Assembly: GCA_026391975.1 (NCBI GenBank)
Contig: JAPLDB010000110.1
Span: 3,535 to 67,534, forward strand
Origin: Bacteroidota bacterium
Lineage (GTDB): Bacteria > Bacteroidota > Bacteroidia > AKYH767-A > 2013-40CM-41-45
Direction of reading: 5' to 3'
Length of the DNA: 64,000 nt
Below the pieces are notes generated by a model. That model made no database searches, was not told the origin of the DNA, and saw only the letters and a list, made by a program, of their open reading frames with translations. Made by a program: the position numbers and the translations under genes. Positions 49,473-58,785 of this stretch are shown here, one piece after another. The first letter of the stretch is position 1; each line of letters starts with the position of its first letter.

Positions 49473-50528
49473 TTACAATATAAAATACGCCCCGAAAGTA
49501 TGGGATCCGTCAAACGGATTGGTGGCGCGGTATGAGTAGTCAATACCAAACTTAGTATTGCTTTTCCCCAGTGGAACCTGAATTGTGAGTCCTGCACAAG
49601 GGCCTGTAAATACAGTTGTACGAAGCTTGTCATCGGCAATATTCTCTTCGTAGACATATCCTCCGCGAAGCATGAAATACTCTTTGAATGAATACTCAAG
49701 GCCGCCCTGATATGTATCCTGGGTGAATGAGTTGGAAGTAAATCCAAGTCCGAAACTCAGGCGATGATCCTTGGCAAGCTTGGCATCATAAGAAAGTCCG
49801 ATATTCAGCAATGAAGGGATCTCAAAACCATTGGCACGTTGTTCAACTGTATATTCGTAAGAAGGAGATACGTTTGTTACAAGTACACGTGAAGAAAGTC
49901 CGTCACCGCCAAACTTCATCGGCGTGCCAACATTTTTCAATGCGATACCAACTTTGAAATTATCGCGGTCTGCATTGAATCCGGTTACATATTGTATTCC
50001 TGCATCAAGGGCAACTCCTGTTGCATTTACATTGGAAATACTTTCGTTTACAACTTTCAGATTAAGTCCTCCATAAATGCTGTTAGAAAATGCTTTCGCA
50101 TAGCATAAAGAGATGTTCAGAAACTGCGGGCTGAAATCACCAAGACCACCTTCGGGCTGGTCAACGGTTGTTATCGGAATATCACCGAAGCTGAATGACA
50201 TCAGCGAAAGTCCCATTACACTTCCTTCTCCAACTTTAAAGGTTCCGCCAAGAGAATTGATGCTCATGCCGCTTCCTTTCAACCAGATAGAATGTGCAAA
50301 TGCGATTTCAACTTTTTTGGTTAGTGCAATACCGGCTACATTGCCAAAGATGGCTTCAACGCCGCTTACACTTCCTGTATTTACGCCTCCCCAGCCTGAC
50401 GACTTAGCCCAGGGGTTCAGCAAAAGTTCTGTTGCTCCTGCCTGTCCGGCACGATCCGGATTTCCTCCTTTACTCATGAAAGGAACTGAGAGGGCAATGA
50501 TCAGTAATGTCTTAAGTGTCTTTCTCAT
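49473..50528 (-). CDS. FadL-like outer-membrane beta-barrel of the PorP/SprF or PorV/PorQ type. Context favours a PorP/SprF-like cognate partner of the upstream type-B-CTD protein.
   Basis: Signal peptide. N-terminal ..NPDRAGQAGATELLLNPWAKSSG.. carries the Arg...NPA signature shared by FadL/PorV/SprF-type barrels. Glycine/aromatic-rich beta-strand periodicity. 351 aa, starting 22 bp after the upstream gene. Confidence 0.5.
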   Translation of the reverse strand: MRKTLKTLLIIALSVPFMSKGGNPDRAGQAGATELLLNPWAKSSGWGGVNTGSVSGVEAIFGNVAGIALTKKVEIAFAHSIWLKGSGMSINSLGGTFKVGEGSVMGLSLMSFSFGDIPITTVDQPEGGLGDFSPQFLNISLCYAKAFSNSIYGGLNLKVVNESISNVNATGVALDAGIQYVTGFNADRDNFKVGIALKNVGTPMKFGGDGLSSRVLVTNVSPSYEYTVEQRANGFEIPSLLNIGLSYDAKLAKDHRLSFGLGFTSNSFTQDTYQGGLEYSFKEYFMLRGGYVYEENIADDKLRTTVFTGPCAGLTIQVPLGKSNTKFGIDYSYRATNPFDGSHTFGAYFIL

Positions 50529-50549
50529 AATTTCTTTTTTGTTGTTCGA

Positions 50550-53500
50550 TTAGAAAGTATCAAGGTCAATCGGACGAAGCACGCCGAAGAATTTAATGGT
50601 CTTCTCTCCAACGCCAGGTGCCTCCACATGGATAATATACAAGCCACTGGCAACCGGAATTCCTGCTGAGTTTTTCAGATCCCAATCTATCGAACTTTCA
50701 AGGTTCAGGTCGGCCTTCGGATCATAGATTCCGCCTGCGGTGTTATCGCCTGCAACATCACGATTGTACTTTCTGATGAGTGTTCCGCTTGGTGTAAATA
50801 TGCTGACGGTACACTTTGGAGGCAGGTTCACAATTTTCACGCGGTAATCCAGCTGGTTCTTCTCATATTGAGAATATGCATAGTATGGATTTGGAACTAC
50901 ATTAATGTTGTCAAGCGCGGACTTCGCTTTTTCACCGTTCCTTGTTTTAGGAACCAGGTCATTTGTTGAAAACTGATAGAGCGGGAAACTGTCATTTAAA
51001 GCAACTGCATTCGGATTGAATTTAGCGTATGGCTTAGCAACACGAATACGAATCGTTACGTCATTCTTATAGCCGCTGCCTGTTCCATAAAAATCAGGAA
51101 GCTGTTCACCTGAAGCTAATAACGGATATCCTACCCACATGCAATTGCCCCAGGTTCTGTTCCATGTAGATGTTTTGGTTATTGAATCCCCCAATGCCTT
51201 TGTCCCATCATAGGCTCCAACATAGGCGGTATGCGAAAATACGTAAATCACATGGCGTCCGCCAAGGATGTATTTTCCATAGGCATCAGTATCGGTAAGA
51301 AGTGAGTTTGGATTCCATTTCATATCTTCTCCATTACCATTAGAATAACCATGTGTCGGCCCATAATAGCTGTTTTCGCCGAAAGCAATATTCAGTCGTT
51401 CACCTGTTTCTACATTCACAGCATAACCCGGGAACCAGCTATAACCTGTGTCACCCGCAACTGTATTTCCATTTTTGTCAATGGAGAAACTCCGCCTCAG
51501 TTTCATGCGCTTGGCATCGGAAGTAGTAACACTGACTGTCAGCGTATCAGAATATGATTGTTCAATTACGGGGCAATAACTCCACTTGGACTTGTCTGTA
51601 GTAATCACCACATCGATGCTGGCCTGATTAAAAAATCTGTTCTGACCGAAAGCATTGCTATTGTTAGCCGGTCCGTTATTGAGATAATCATAAGAAGTGA
51701 AACGGTAAGGCGCCCATGAACCCCCGATAATTTTCTCATAAACCTGCTGGCCGTCAAATTCACCACTATTGAATTTATAGTCGGTAGAAGTTTCCTTACC
51801 GCTGCGAATCCAGTTTAAGCCGGGATCTCCGTCAAAATCATAAACTCCTCCCCACCACCTTTGTGTAGGACTTTCATAGGTAATTGATGAGTTGATGAAT
51901 CCTGCGCCACCTGTTGCATCATCTCCTGGCTGGTAAGCCTTCTGAGGTGTTTGTGCCATGTTGATCGAGAATCCATAATTCGGGAACAACTGATCATAAG
52001 GCGATAAAATACTCTTCAAAGAAGTATCAGTGGTTCCGGCTGCAGGATTGCTCAATACCCAGAGTGTATCAACTGCTATATAATGTGGAATTGTATCAGT
52101 ATAGGTGCCTAAGTACTTGTCATGGTTGATCGTGTCAGAAGCATCTTCAAAAGTGTCAACTTTTGCAATTTCCTTTAATTGAAATACACCGCCTTCAACA
52201 GAAATAGGATCATAAATTCTGATATCCACAGGACCTTTCGCCCTTTCATAGGTTGGATGACTGATCATGTAAGGTGCAGCAAATAAATTATTGTAGTCTG
52301 CATCCCTCTTCAAATCAAGTGCGAGGCGGTCTCCTCCAAGCTGATGTCCGTTTCCTGTTCCTTCAAGGCGGGTAATTTCAGGTCCGTCACCATAAGACGC
52401 GCTCAAAACAGTACCATAGATTTCAGGATCCGGTGAATGCGGAATGGCTGTGTAGATCTTGATGTTTTTTCGGCCTGACAGGTAAGGCTTATTTCTGCCT
52501 GTTGGAACATAAGGATCTGATGCTGATTCCCCCGGATTATATGCATAGGCTACAGCAAGGAAATAATACGTTTTGTGGTTCACCATTGTTGGATCACCTG
52601 AAGCGAACAAATCGTTTGTAACCCTGAAAGTATGTTTCAAGCCATTGTCACTGCCATTCACTTCTTCAACAGGTGTCCATCCCTGTGTGGTCTGATCAAA
52701 TGTATTATTAACGATTTGAGAAATACCATCCTTGACGTCACACTGAACTACCAGTCGTGCCTTATCAGGATTGTGAACATCTGAAACAGTAACAAACGGA
52801 TCTACGGTTTGAAAGATCTGGTAACCCTGGAAATTATAGTAACTGGCAATTGTGGTATTCGGATCAACTTCGCTGTATTTCTCCTTGTAGTTATTAGAGA
52901 GTTTTGAGTTGTCAATAGATAAAATAATCCCCTTGTCCAATTCCCTGATCGTCATTTCAGGTGCATCAGGTCCGTCAACAACTTTGAAGCAATTATTAAA
53001 CAGTGCCTGTGCATAGTCGTCTGCCTGACGCACAAGACGAACTGATGCAAGTGGTCCGCCATTGGTTGCCCTGGCCCATACCGCACCTGTTGTAATATAA
53101 TTTACAGCTCCCGGCAATAAGGTGAATGGACCTGAAGATTGTAAGAACCTTCTGTCGTCAGGAAGATTCTCAGCAGTAACTTCATCCCAATCAGCTTCCG
53201 GAAGTCCGTTCGTTCCCCAATGATTTGGATCTGAATTCCCCGGGAACATAAAGTCACAAAGGTCATTTGTTCCACCTACTCCGCCCCCATGACCGTCGCC
53301 ACCATAAGTCATCCGGTTTCCATTACGCCAGATACCCTGAAGGTATCCATAATAATCTTCAGCACCATTTGGGTTACCTACGATTGGATCATTATTGTTA
53401 TTGTAATACACAAATTTTGACATGATGATGTTCTCACGCAGTATCGAATCAGAGATTGTGTCGATAGTACCCTGTGCATTTGGTACGAACGTACAATCAA

Positions 53501-54599
53501 TACAACTGTCACGGTCATTATCACGGTTATCATTAATGTCTGCAACAGGACCCTGGAAAAAATCCACACCCACAGCTGGAGGATTGAATCCATAACCTGC
53601 AATACCTTCATCATTGGCATCACCGTTATAGCAATACCCAAATCCGCGCTTCACATCACAACCAACATAGTCATCAAGGTAATTACCCAGATCAGGATCA
53701 ACCCATGCTCCGAAATAGCAACTGTCAATATTTGTAGTTGTATTCCTGTTGATGATCTTGTATTTATAAAAACTCATGTTGTTGATCTCATCGTTTGTTG
53801 CAAAAGCAAATGCCTGTGCCTGGATCTCGAGACCAATAGGATACTGGCTGTCTGTTTCGCGGTGGACATTTCCTACATCATTAAATACCCACCACAATGA
53901 CTGGTCACCCAGCATTCTGTCATCGCAAACGGGAGCGCTTGAATTGAATTCGAAATAAGGGTAATCGCCATCTTCCCAGTTATAGATACCATCCACATTT
54001 CTGTCAAAGAAAGGAGCGAGGAAATGAACGTAACCTGCACCTGCACCATGTTCAGGATCATCGCCATTTCCGGGCCAGTCCTGCATCACCTGTGGTGGCA
54101 GATAGCCGGCAGGATAACCGCCCGCATTTGCATCAAAATTGGCAATTGCCTGCTGAACTTCATCTCTTGTTACCCTGAAGTGCCTGTCGAATTTGGTACA
54201 AACATCAGGCGTAACATCTGTTGTTGTAAGATTCACCGGACCGGGCCAGAAATCATCTCCTGACTGTCGGTATGTTTGTGCTGCTACGCGCAGATTTTGA
54301 GAATTATCATATCCTCCAACCCAGACAGCACCGGCAAACAATGAATGTTTTCCTGAACCCTTGGGTACTTCATAGGTTGCTGTCCCAACAAGATCCCACC
54401 ACATATCACCATTGATAAAGATCCTGGTCCTGATGTTGTTGATGTCAAGATCCGTTTGTGCAGTTGACTTATTGCAGGAAGCAAGCACATGGTCACCGCC
54501 AATAGGTCCGTTGCGATGCCCTGAGTTTACATTTTCCTTTGCAGATAATAAACTGACTGAAAGGACTGTGAAAAGTGATGTTAAGATAATTTTTCTCAT
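50550..54599 (-). CDS. Large (~1350 aa) secreted cell-surface protein ending in a type-B-like T9SS C-terminal domain. The ORF extends to 54632; MRKIILTSLF at 54599 is the preferred start.
   Basis: Signal peptide MRKIILTSLFTVLSVSLLSA. Asn/Gly/Trp/Tyr-rich beta-rich body. The C-terminal ~110 aa (VVPNPYYAY..PKCTVSIFTPSGTLIRKY..WDLKNSAGIPVASGLYIIHVEA..KTIKFFGVLRP) match the pattern of the gliding-motility-associated (type B) CTD (..CTVSIFNRWG..WDG.n.G..lp.GtYfY....G.v.L.R). Confidence 0.55.
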   Translation of the reverse strand: MRKIILTSLFTVLSVSLLSAKENVNSGHRNGPIGGDHVLASCNKSTAQTDLDINNIRTRIFINGDMWWDLVGTATYEVPKGSGKHSLFAGAVWVGGYDNSQNLRVAAQTYRQSGDDFWPGPVNLTTTDVTPDVCTKFDRHFRVTRDEVQQAIANFDANAGGYPAGYLPPQVMQDWPGNGDDPEHGAGAGYVHFLAPFFDRNVDGIYNWEDGDYPYFEFNSSAPVCDDRMLGDQSLWWVFNDVGNVHRETDSQYPIGLEIQAQAFAFATNDEINNMSFYKYKIINRNTTTNIDSCYFGAWVDPDLGNYLDDYVGCDVKRGFGYCYNGDANDEGIAGYGFNPPAVGVDFFQGPVADINDNRDNDRDSCIDCTFVPNAQGTIDTISDSILRENIIMSKFVYYNNNNDPIVGNPNGAEDYYGYLQGIWRNGNRMTYGGDGHGGGVGGTNDLCDFMFPGNSDPNHWGTNGLPEADWDEVTAENLPDDRRFLQSSGPFTLLPGAVNYITTGAVWARATNGGPLASVRLVRQADDYAQALFNNCFKVVDGPDAPEMTIRELDKGIILSIDNSKLSNNYKEKYSEVDPNTTIASYYNFQGYQIFQTVDPFVTVSDVHNPDKARLVVQCDVKDGISQIVNNTFDQTTQGWTPVEEVNGSDNGLKHTFRVTNDLFASGDPTMVNHKTYYFLAVAYAYNPGESASDPYVPTGRNKPYLSGRKNIKIYTAIPHSPDPEIYGTVLSASYGDGPEITRLEGTGNGHQLGGDRLALDLKRDADYNNLFAAPYMISHPTYERAKGPVDIRIYDPISVEGGVFQLKEIAKVDTFEDASDTINHDKYLGTYTDTIPHYIAVDTLWVLSNPAAGTTDTSLKSILSPYDQLFPNYGFSINMAQTPQKAYQPGDDATGGAGFINSSITYESPTQRWWGGVYDFDGDPGLNWIRSGKETSTDYKFNSGEFDGQQVYEKIIGGSWAPYRFTSYDYLNNGPANNSNAFGQNRFFNQASIDVVITTDKSKWSYCPVIEQSYSDTLTVSVTTSDAKRMKLRRSFSIDKNGNTVAGDTGYSWFPGYAVNVETGERLNIAFGENSYYGPTHGYSNGNGEDMKWNPNSLLTDTDAYGKYILGGRHVIYVFSHTAYVGAYDGTKALGDSITKTSTWNRTWGNCMWVGYPLLASGEQLPDFYGTGSGYKNDVTIRIRVAKPYAKFNPNAVALNDSFPLYQFSTNDLVPKTRNGEKAKSALDNINVVPNPYYAYSQYEKNQLDYRVKIVNLPPKCTVSIFTPSGTLIRKYNRDVAGDNTAGGIYDPKADLNLESSIDWDLKNSAGIPVASGLYIIHVEAPGVGEKTIKFFGVLRPIDLDTF

Positions 54600-54640
54600 A
54601 ATGATATGAATAGAATTCTTAGCTGTTGTCAAATATTTAA

Positions 54641-57600
54641 TTAAAAGTCAAGTTGCAATCCAAGACGGATACGCCTTGGCAGACTGTAATTACCCTGGTT
54701 GTTTTCTGCGATTTCATACTGTGTAATATAAGCATCCGTACTCAGCTTGCTGCTAATGTCATTTTGTGCTGCTGCTGACGAAAGGTATCCGTCGTCTGTC
54801 GGACTACCGGTTGCAGAATAAACAGATATTACGTTACGCGCATCGAACACATTCAGCACTTGTAAATACACTCCGAGGAAATAGGCCCTTCTCTTTTCGC
54901 CATTTGCTTTCTTGCCCATCTTCAGCTCAAACTGTTTGTCAATTTTTGCATCAACACGATACTGCCATGGTAAACGAGAACCATTCACTGAACCATCCAG
55001 CTGGAAGCGGCCATTGGCTGCTGTTGTGAAATCTGACTCAGGTGTAATGTTCTTTTTGCGTGTATAAGGTGTACCTGATCCTGAACGGAATGTAAAGTTC
55101 AATCCGGCATTTGCGAAAACCTGTTTGTCAAACCACACAGGACCGTCGTAATCTTTGCCTTTTCCATAATGGTAATCAAAAGAAGCAGTAAGCTGGTGGC
55201 GCTGATCAAAATCCAGTGGCTTAGGCTCTCTCAGATTTGTTTGTCCCTGCTGGGCGATCAGTCGTCCGTTAGAACCGGCATTCGAACCTGTACCTTCAGC
55301 AAACTGTAGCGTATAGCTGGCAGTCATTCTGATGTTACCTGTTCTTCTCAGGTCATAACTTAATGTAAGACCTTTAACTGTACCTATATCTATGTTACCA
55401 TAAGTATAATAGTCGATCGGATAAGCATATTGAACGCTGATCACCTGGATCATATCACGTAACTCCTTATAGAAAGCAGAGAGCGACAACGCTGAACTCC
55501 TTGTCAGTTTTTGCTGGAAGGTAATTTCATAGTCAGTTGTCTTTTCCGGTTTCAGGGAAGGATTGGAATTGGTAAGTGAAGATCCCTGTGCAAGTGCATA
55601 ATATAGATCCGGGCGGAACTGGATCAGGCCTGCAGCTTGCGGACGTTGAGTAAGCACATCATAATGGGCGGAGAAGAATGCCTCGTCGGAAATCGGGAAT
55701 GAGAAAGCGATACGCGGCATAAATGTCGTTTGAGGCTCATAATCTCCGAATGCATCCGGCGTGAGAAGTCCCTTATCCATTAAATCAAAATATTTCTCCT
55801 GAACGAATGGCGCAATGCCGGTTCCACTTTGATTGGCAAGCGTATTTACATCCGTGATGCTGTTACCCTGTGCGTCAAACCATTTGTCACCTTCACGGAA
55901 ACCAATTGGTCCTGAACCGGAAGGATTTTTCACATCGTTCACGTAAACAACTGCATCAGAAGAAATATTGGTTGGCAGGTTGTAATAAGGGAACCTGTTT
56001 TTCAAAGCTTCTGAACCGGCTGTATAAGCAGGGTACAACAAATATTTGTCTTTCAATACAGGCTGGTTTGCATCGAAACGATCCACACGCACACCAATAT
56101 TAAACTGAATGTCATTAAAGATAAACTTATCAGCTATATAACCTGCTACATAGATCGGACGGAAAGCACCCATCGGACGGGTGAAATTGTTTGTCTTGTC
56201 TTTGTTGTTGATGAAGTCCGTGATACTCGGATTTTCCGTGGTTTTATTTCCCAGGTAATCATATCCATAGTATCCGACAAATCCGAAGTTCAGCAATTCA
56301 TCAGTAGTGAACATGTCAAGAGAAAAATCTTCCGGCGTGTAGTTGTCAATGTCTACATAGCGGTGATAATTGATACCGAACTTATCGCGTACGTTTTCAT
56401 AAAAACCATTCGCTGCTTCGTCTGCAAGATTTCGGGTCTGATTATAGAGGAATTGAAAATTAGCAACGGTATCCTGATTGTCAATTGTAATGTAAGGATT
56501 GGCTTCAAAATTGATGAGTCTTGAATTAGCCAGTCCACGCATCAATGACCACAATCCGCTTGGAGAAACGCTGTATCCCCTGTCTTCCCGCTGCTCATAT
56601 TCAAAACCAAGCACAACGTTGTGATTCTTGATATCTGCAGAGCCCGAAGCAACAATTCGGAACTGGTTGTTTTCTGATTTACCATAAAAAGTTCTTGTCC
56701 GGCCCGGTAACGCCCACAAGCCGTATGTATTCAACGTAAGACGGTTATCACCATTGATGATACCATTGTTAGAAACAACCTGACCAAGCGTAAAGTCTCC
56801 CGGATTCAATTCAAAATACTGAGAAGCAAAAGCAGAAGTATAAGGACTTCCGGCATAAGGCTCATAGTCAAGCGGAGCAGTTATTGCAACATCCTGAAAA
56901 ATGGCATCAATGAAGGAAGTGTCATTTCCCTGAATGTACTCATATGAATTAGGCAATCTGAAATCAGCAAGGTGTGTGGTAAATTTTCCTACATAACCAT
57001 AACGGAAAATCTTATCCATGTGCACATCATTTCCGTCTTCGCTTGAATTCTTTGTGTAGTCAGCCTGCAAAGTATAAAAAGCATGTTTCACAACTGATGC
57101 GCTGGTCTTTTGCGCTTCGTCATCACCAAAACGTTGCTGGATCTTTGCAAATACACGGTAAGACTGATCTGTAACCTGATTATTGTAATAAGAATTCATC
57201 AATGAATAAATGTCGATGAAATCATGTCTTTTCTCGTGTTCATACGTTCCACCCAGTGTTATGTAGAAGTTTTTTATCGGCCTGAAATCAAGTTTTCCAT
57301 TGATCACATAATTATGCCTTGCTACATTTTTTCTTTCCTTTTGATGATCAAGGCTATCATAGGTAAGATACTCACCGCGCCTGTCAAAACCTTCACCTGT
57401 CGGAGATTTAACCAGTGGAGAACTCTCCAGCCTTTTCTGAACATCATCTTTCACTACATATTGTCCGATTGCTGAAGGACTCGGACCTTTGTCATACAAC
57501 CAGTCTGCAGAAATAAAATACCCTGCTACTGTGGTCTTCTTACCTACTGAATCATGAGATGAAATAATAGGTCCTGAAAAAGATGCAGACAACCGGTTAT

Positions 57601-58339
57601 TGTCATACGCATCGATGAAATGAGATGACTCTCCTTCCAGTCCGTAATGAAACTGTGGAGAAGGTCCCCTTGTAGTAATTGAAACGATACCACCTGTTGC
57701 ATCCCCATATTGTGCCGGAACACCACCTGTAATCACAGTGATCTGCTCTGCGCCTTTGGCAGTAATATTTGAACCTCCTCTTACTTTAATACCATCAACA
57801 TAATATGCTGTACCATCAGAACGCGAACCACGAACGTTCAACTCCTTGCCATCATCACGTTGAAAAACGCCTGCAGACTGGGAAGCAATTGAATTTACGT
57901 CACGCGTAGGAGCCGCCTGGATTTCTTCAAATGTCATTGTCTTCTGAACAGATGTTTGACCCTTATCCAACAACGGAACCTTGTAATCCACGATCTGGAC
58001 TTCGCCGATGTCAATACCCTTACCCATCTCCATGTTTACAAAAGAGATTTTGTCAACTGTAATCAGTACACCATTCGTTTGTGCCGGACTGTAACCCACG
58101 CAGGTTGCCTTGAGGTCATACTTTCCCGGTCCGAGTGGCTTCAGGGTATAATTTCCATCAAGGTCAGTAACAGTCGCAATGATCTGTTGCCCACCTTGTG
58201 TAGCTGCAACACTTGCAAAAGGAACTCCGTCCTTTCCACCTCTTTCTTTGATCTGCCCGCGGATTTCGCCGGATTGCGCAATTGCATTGGAAAAGATGAA
58301 GCTGAAAAGAAAAAGCGATAGGTAAAAATTACGTCCCAT
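54641..58339 (-). CDS. Giant (1232 aa) TonB-dependent-receptor-like outer-membrane protein with an N-terminal CarboxypepD_reg domain and plug
   Basis: Signal peptide MGRNFYLSLFLFSFIFSNAIAQ. CarboxypepD_reg (..IRGQIKE..GVPFASVAA..TDLDGNYTL..). Plug motif ELNVRGSRSDGTAYYVDGIKV. Long beta-barrel ending ..LQLDF. Followed 9 bp later by the next gene. Confidence 0.65.
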   Translation of the reverse strand: MGRNFYLSLFLFSFIFSNAIAQSGEIRGQIKERGGKDGVPFASVAATQGGQQIIATVTDLDGNYTLKPLGPGKYDLKATCVGYSPAQTNGVLITVDKISFVNMEMGKGIDIGEVQIVDYKVPLLDKGQTSVQKTMTFEEIQAAPTRDVNSIASQSAGVFQRDDGKELNVRGSRSDGTAYYVDGIKVRGGSNITAKGAEQITVITGGVPAQYGDATGGIVSITTRGPSPQFHYGLEGESSHFIDAYDNNRLSASFSGPIISSHDSVGKKTTVAGYFISADWLYDKGPSPSAIGQYVVKDDVQKRLESSPLVKSPTGEGFDRRGEYLTYDSLDHQKERKNVARHNYVINGKLDFRPIKNFYITLGGTYEHEKRHDFIDIYSLMNSYYNNQVTDQSYRVFAKIQQRFGDDEAQKTSASVVKHAFYTLQADYTKNSSEDGNDVHMDKIFRYGYVGKFTTHLADFRLPNSYEYIQGNDTSFIDAIFQDVAITAPLDYEPYAGSPYTSAFASQYFELNPGDFTLGQVVSNNGIINGDNRLTLNTYGLWALPGRTRTFYGKSENNQFRIVASGSADIKNHNVVLGFEYEQREDRGYSVSPSGLWSLMRGLANSRLINFEANPYITIDNQDTVANFQFLYNQTRNLADEAANGFYENVRDKFGINYHRYVDIDNYTPEDFSLDMFTTDELLNFGFVGYYGYDYLGNKTTENPSITDFINNKDKTNNFTRPMGAFRPIYVAGYIADKFIFNDIQFNIGVRVDRFDANQPVLKDKYLLYPAYTAGSEALKNRFPYYNLPTNISSDAVVYVNDVKNPSGSGPIGFREGDKWFDAQGNSITDVNTLANQSGTGIAPFVQEKYFDLMDKGLLTPDAFGDYEPQTTFMPRIAFSFPISDEAFFSAHYDVLTQRPQAAGLIQFRPDLYYALAQGSSLTNSNPSLKPEKTTDYEITFQQKLTRSSALSLSAFYKELRDMIQVISVQYAYPIDYYTYGNIDIGTVKGLTLSYDLRRTGNIRMTASYTLQFAEGTGSNAGSNGRLIAQQGQTNLREPKPLDFDQRHQLTASFDYHYGKGKDYDGPVWFDKQVFANAGLNFTFRSGSGTPYTRKKNITPESDFTTAANGRFQLDGSVNGSRLPWQYRVDAKIDKQFELKMGKKANGEKRRAYFLGVYLQVLNVFDARNVISVYSATGSPTDDGYLSSAAAQNDISSKLSTDAYITQYEIAENNQGNYSLPRRIRLGLQLDF

Positions 58340-58785
58340 AATGTTAGGTTAAATTAAGTTAACTTTTTTTGGAGGCGGTAAAAGTATAAATCCAATAATA
58401 AAAAACAAAAATTGTTTTTTACGTCGCCAAATGCCTGATTCGTAGCACCATTTGGAGTATTCGATTTTACAATCATGCCTTTTTCTAATAATTCGGTTAC
58501 CTAACTTCAACACCAATTCATGAATTTCATGCTGTAAAGATTTCATGATTTATCTGCATTTACAAATCAACTTTGTTGAATTGTATACATCTCTACACAA
58601 TGCAGAACTTTTCATTATCTTCGGTGCTTCAGTAAGGATATTTCATTAGGCTAAGGTGATCAGCGTTCATAAGTTTTTTGTCAGCGTTTCGTCAATTAAG
58701 ATTTGGGGGGTTATCTTGGGAACTTATCAACAATCCGTGCCACTGTAATTAAAAAATTATTTTTGCGCACGATAAAATTGAAACT

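Noticed and set aside
50550-54632. 1360-aa protein as PorU (T9SS C25 sortase), since PorU and PorV are adjacent in known T9SS loci
   Set aside because: No gingipain-type His/Cys catalytic spacing could be recognised by eye, and the C-terminus fits a cleavable type-B-like CTD rather than PorU architecture. It is kept as an alternative to test by HMM.
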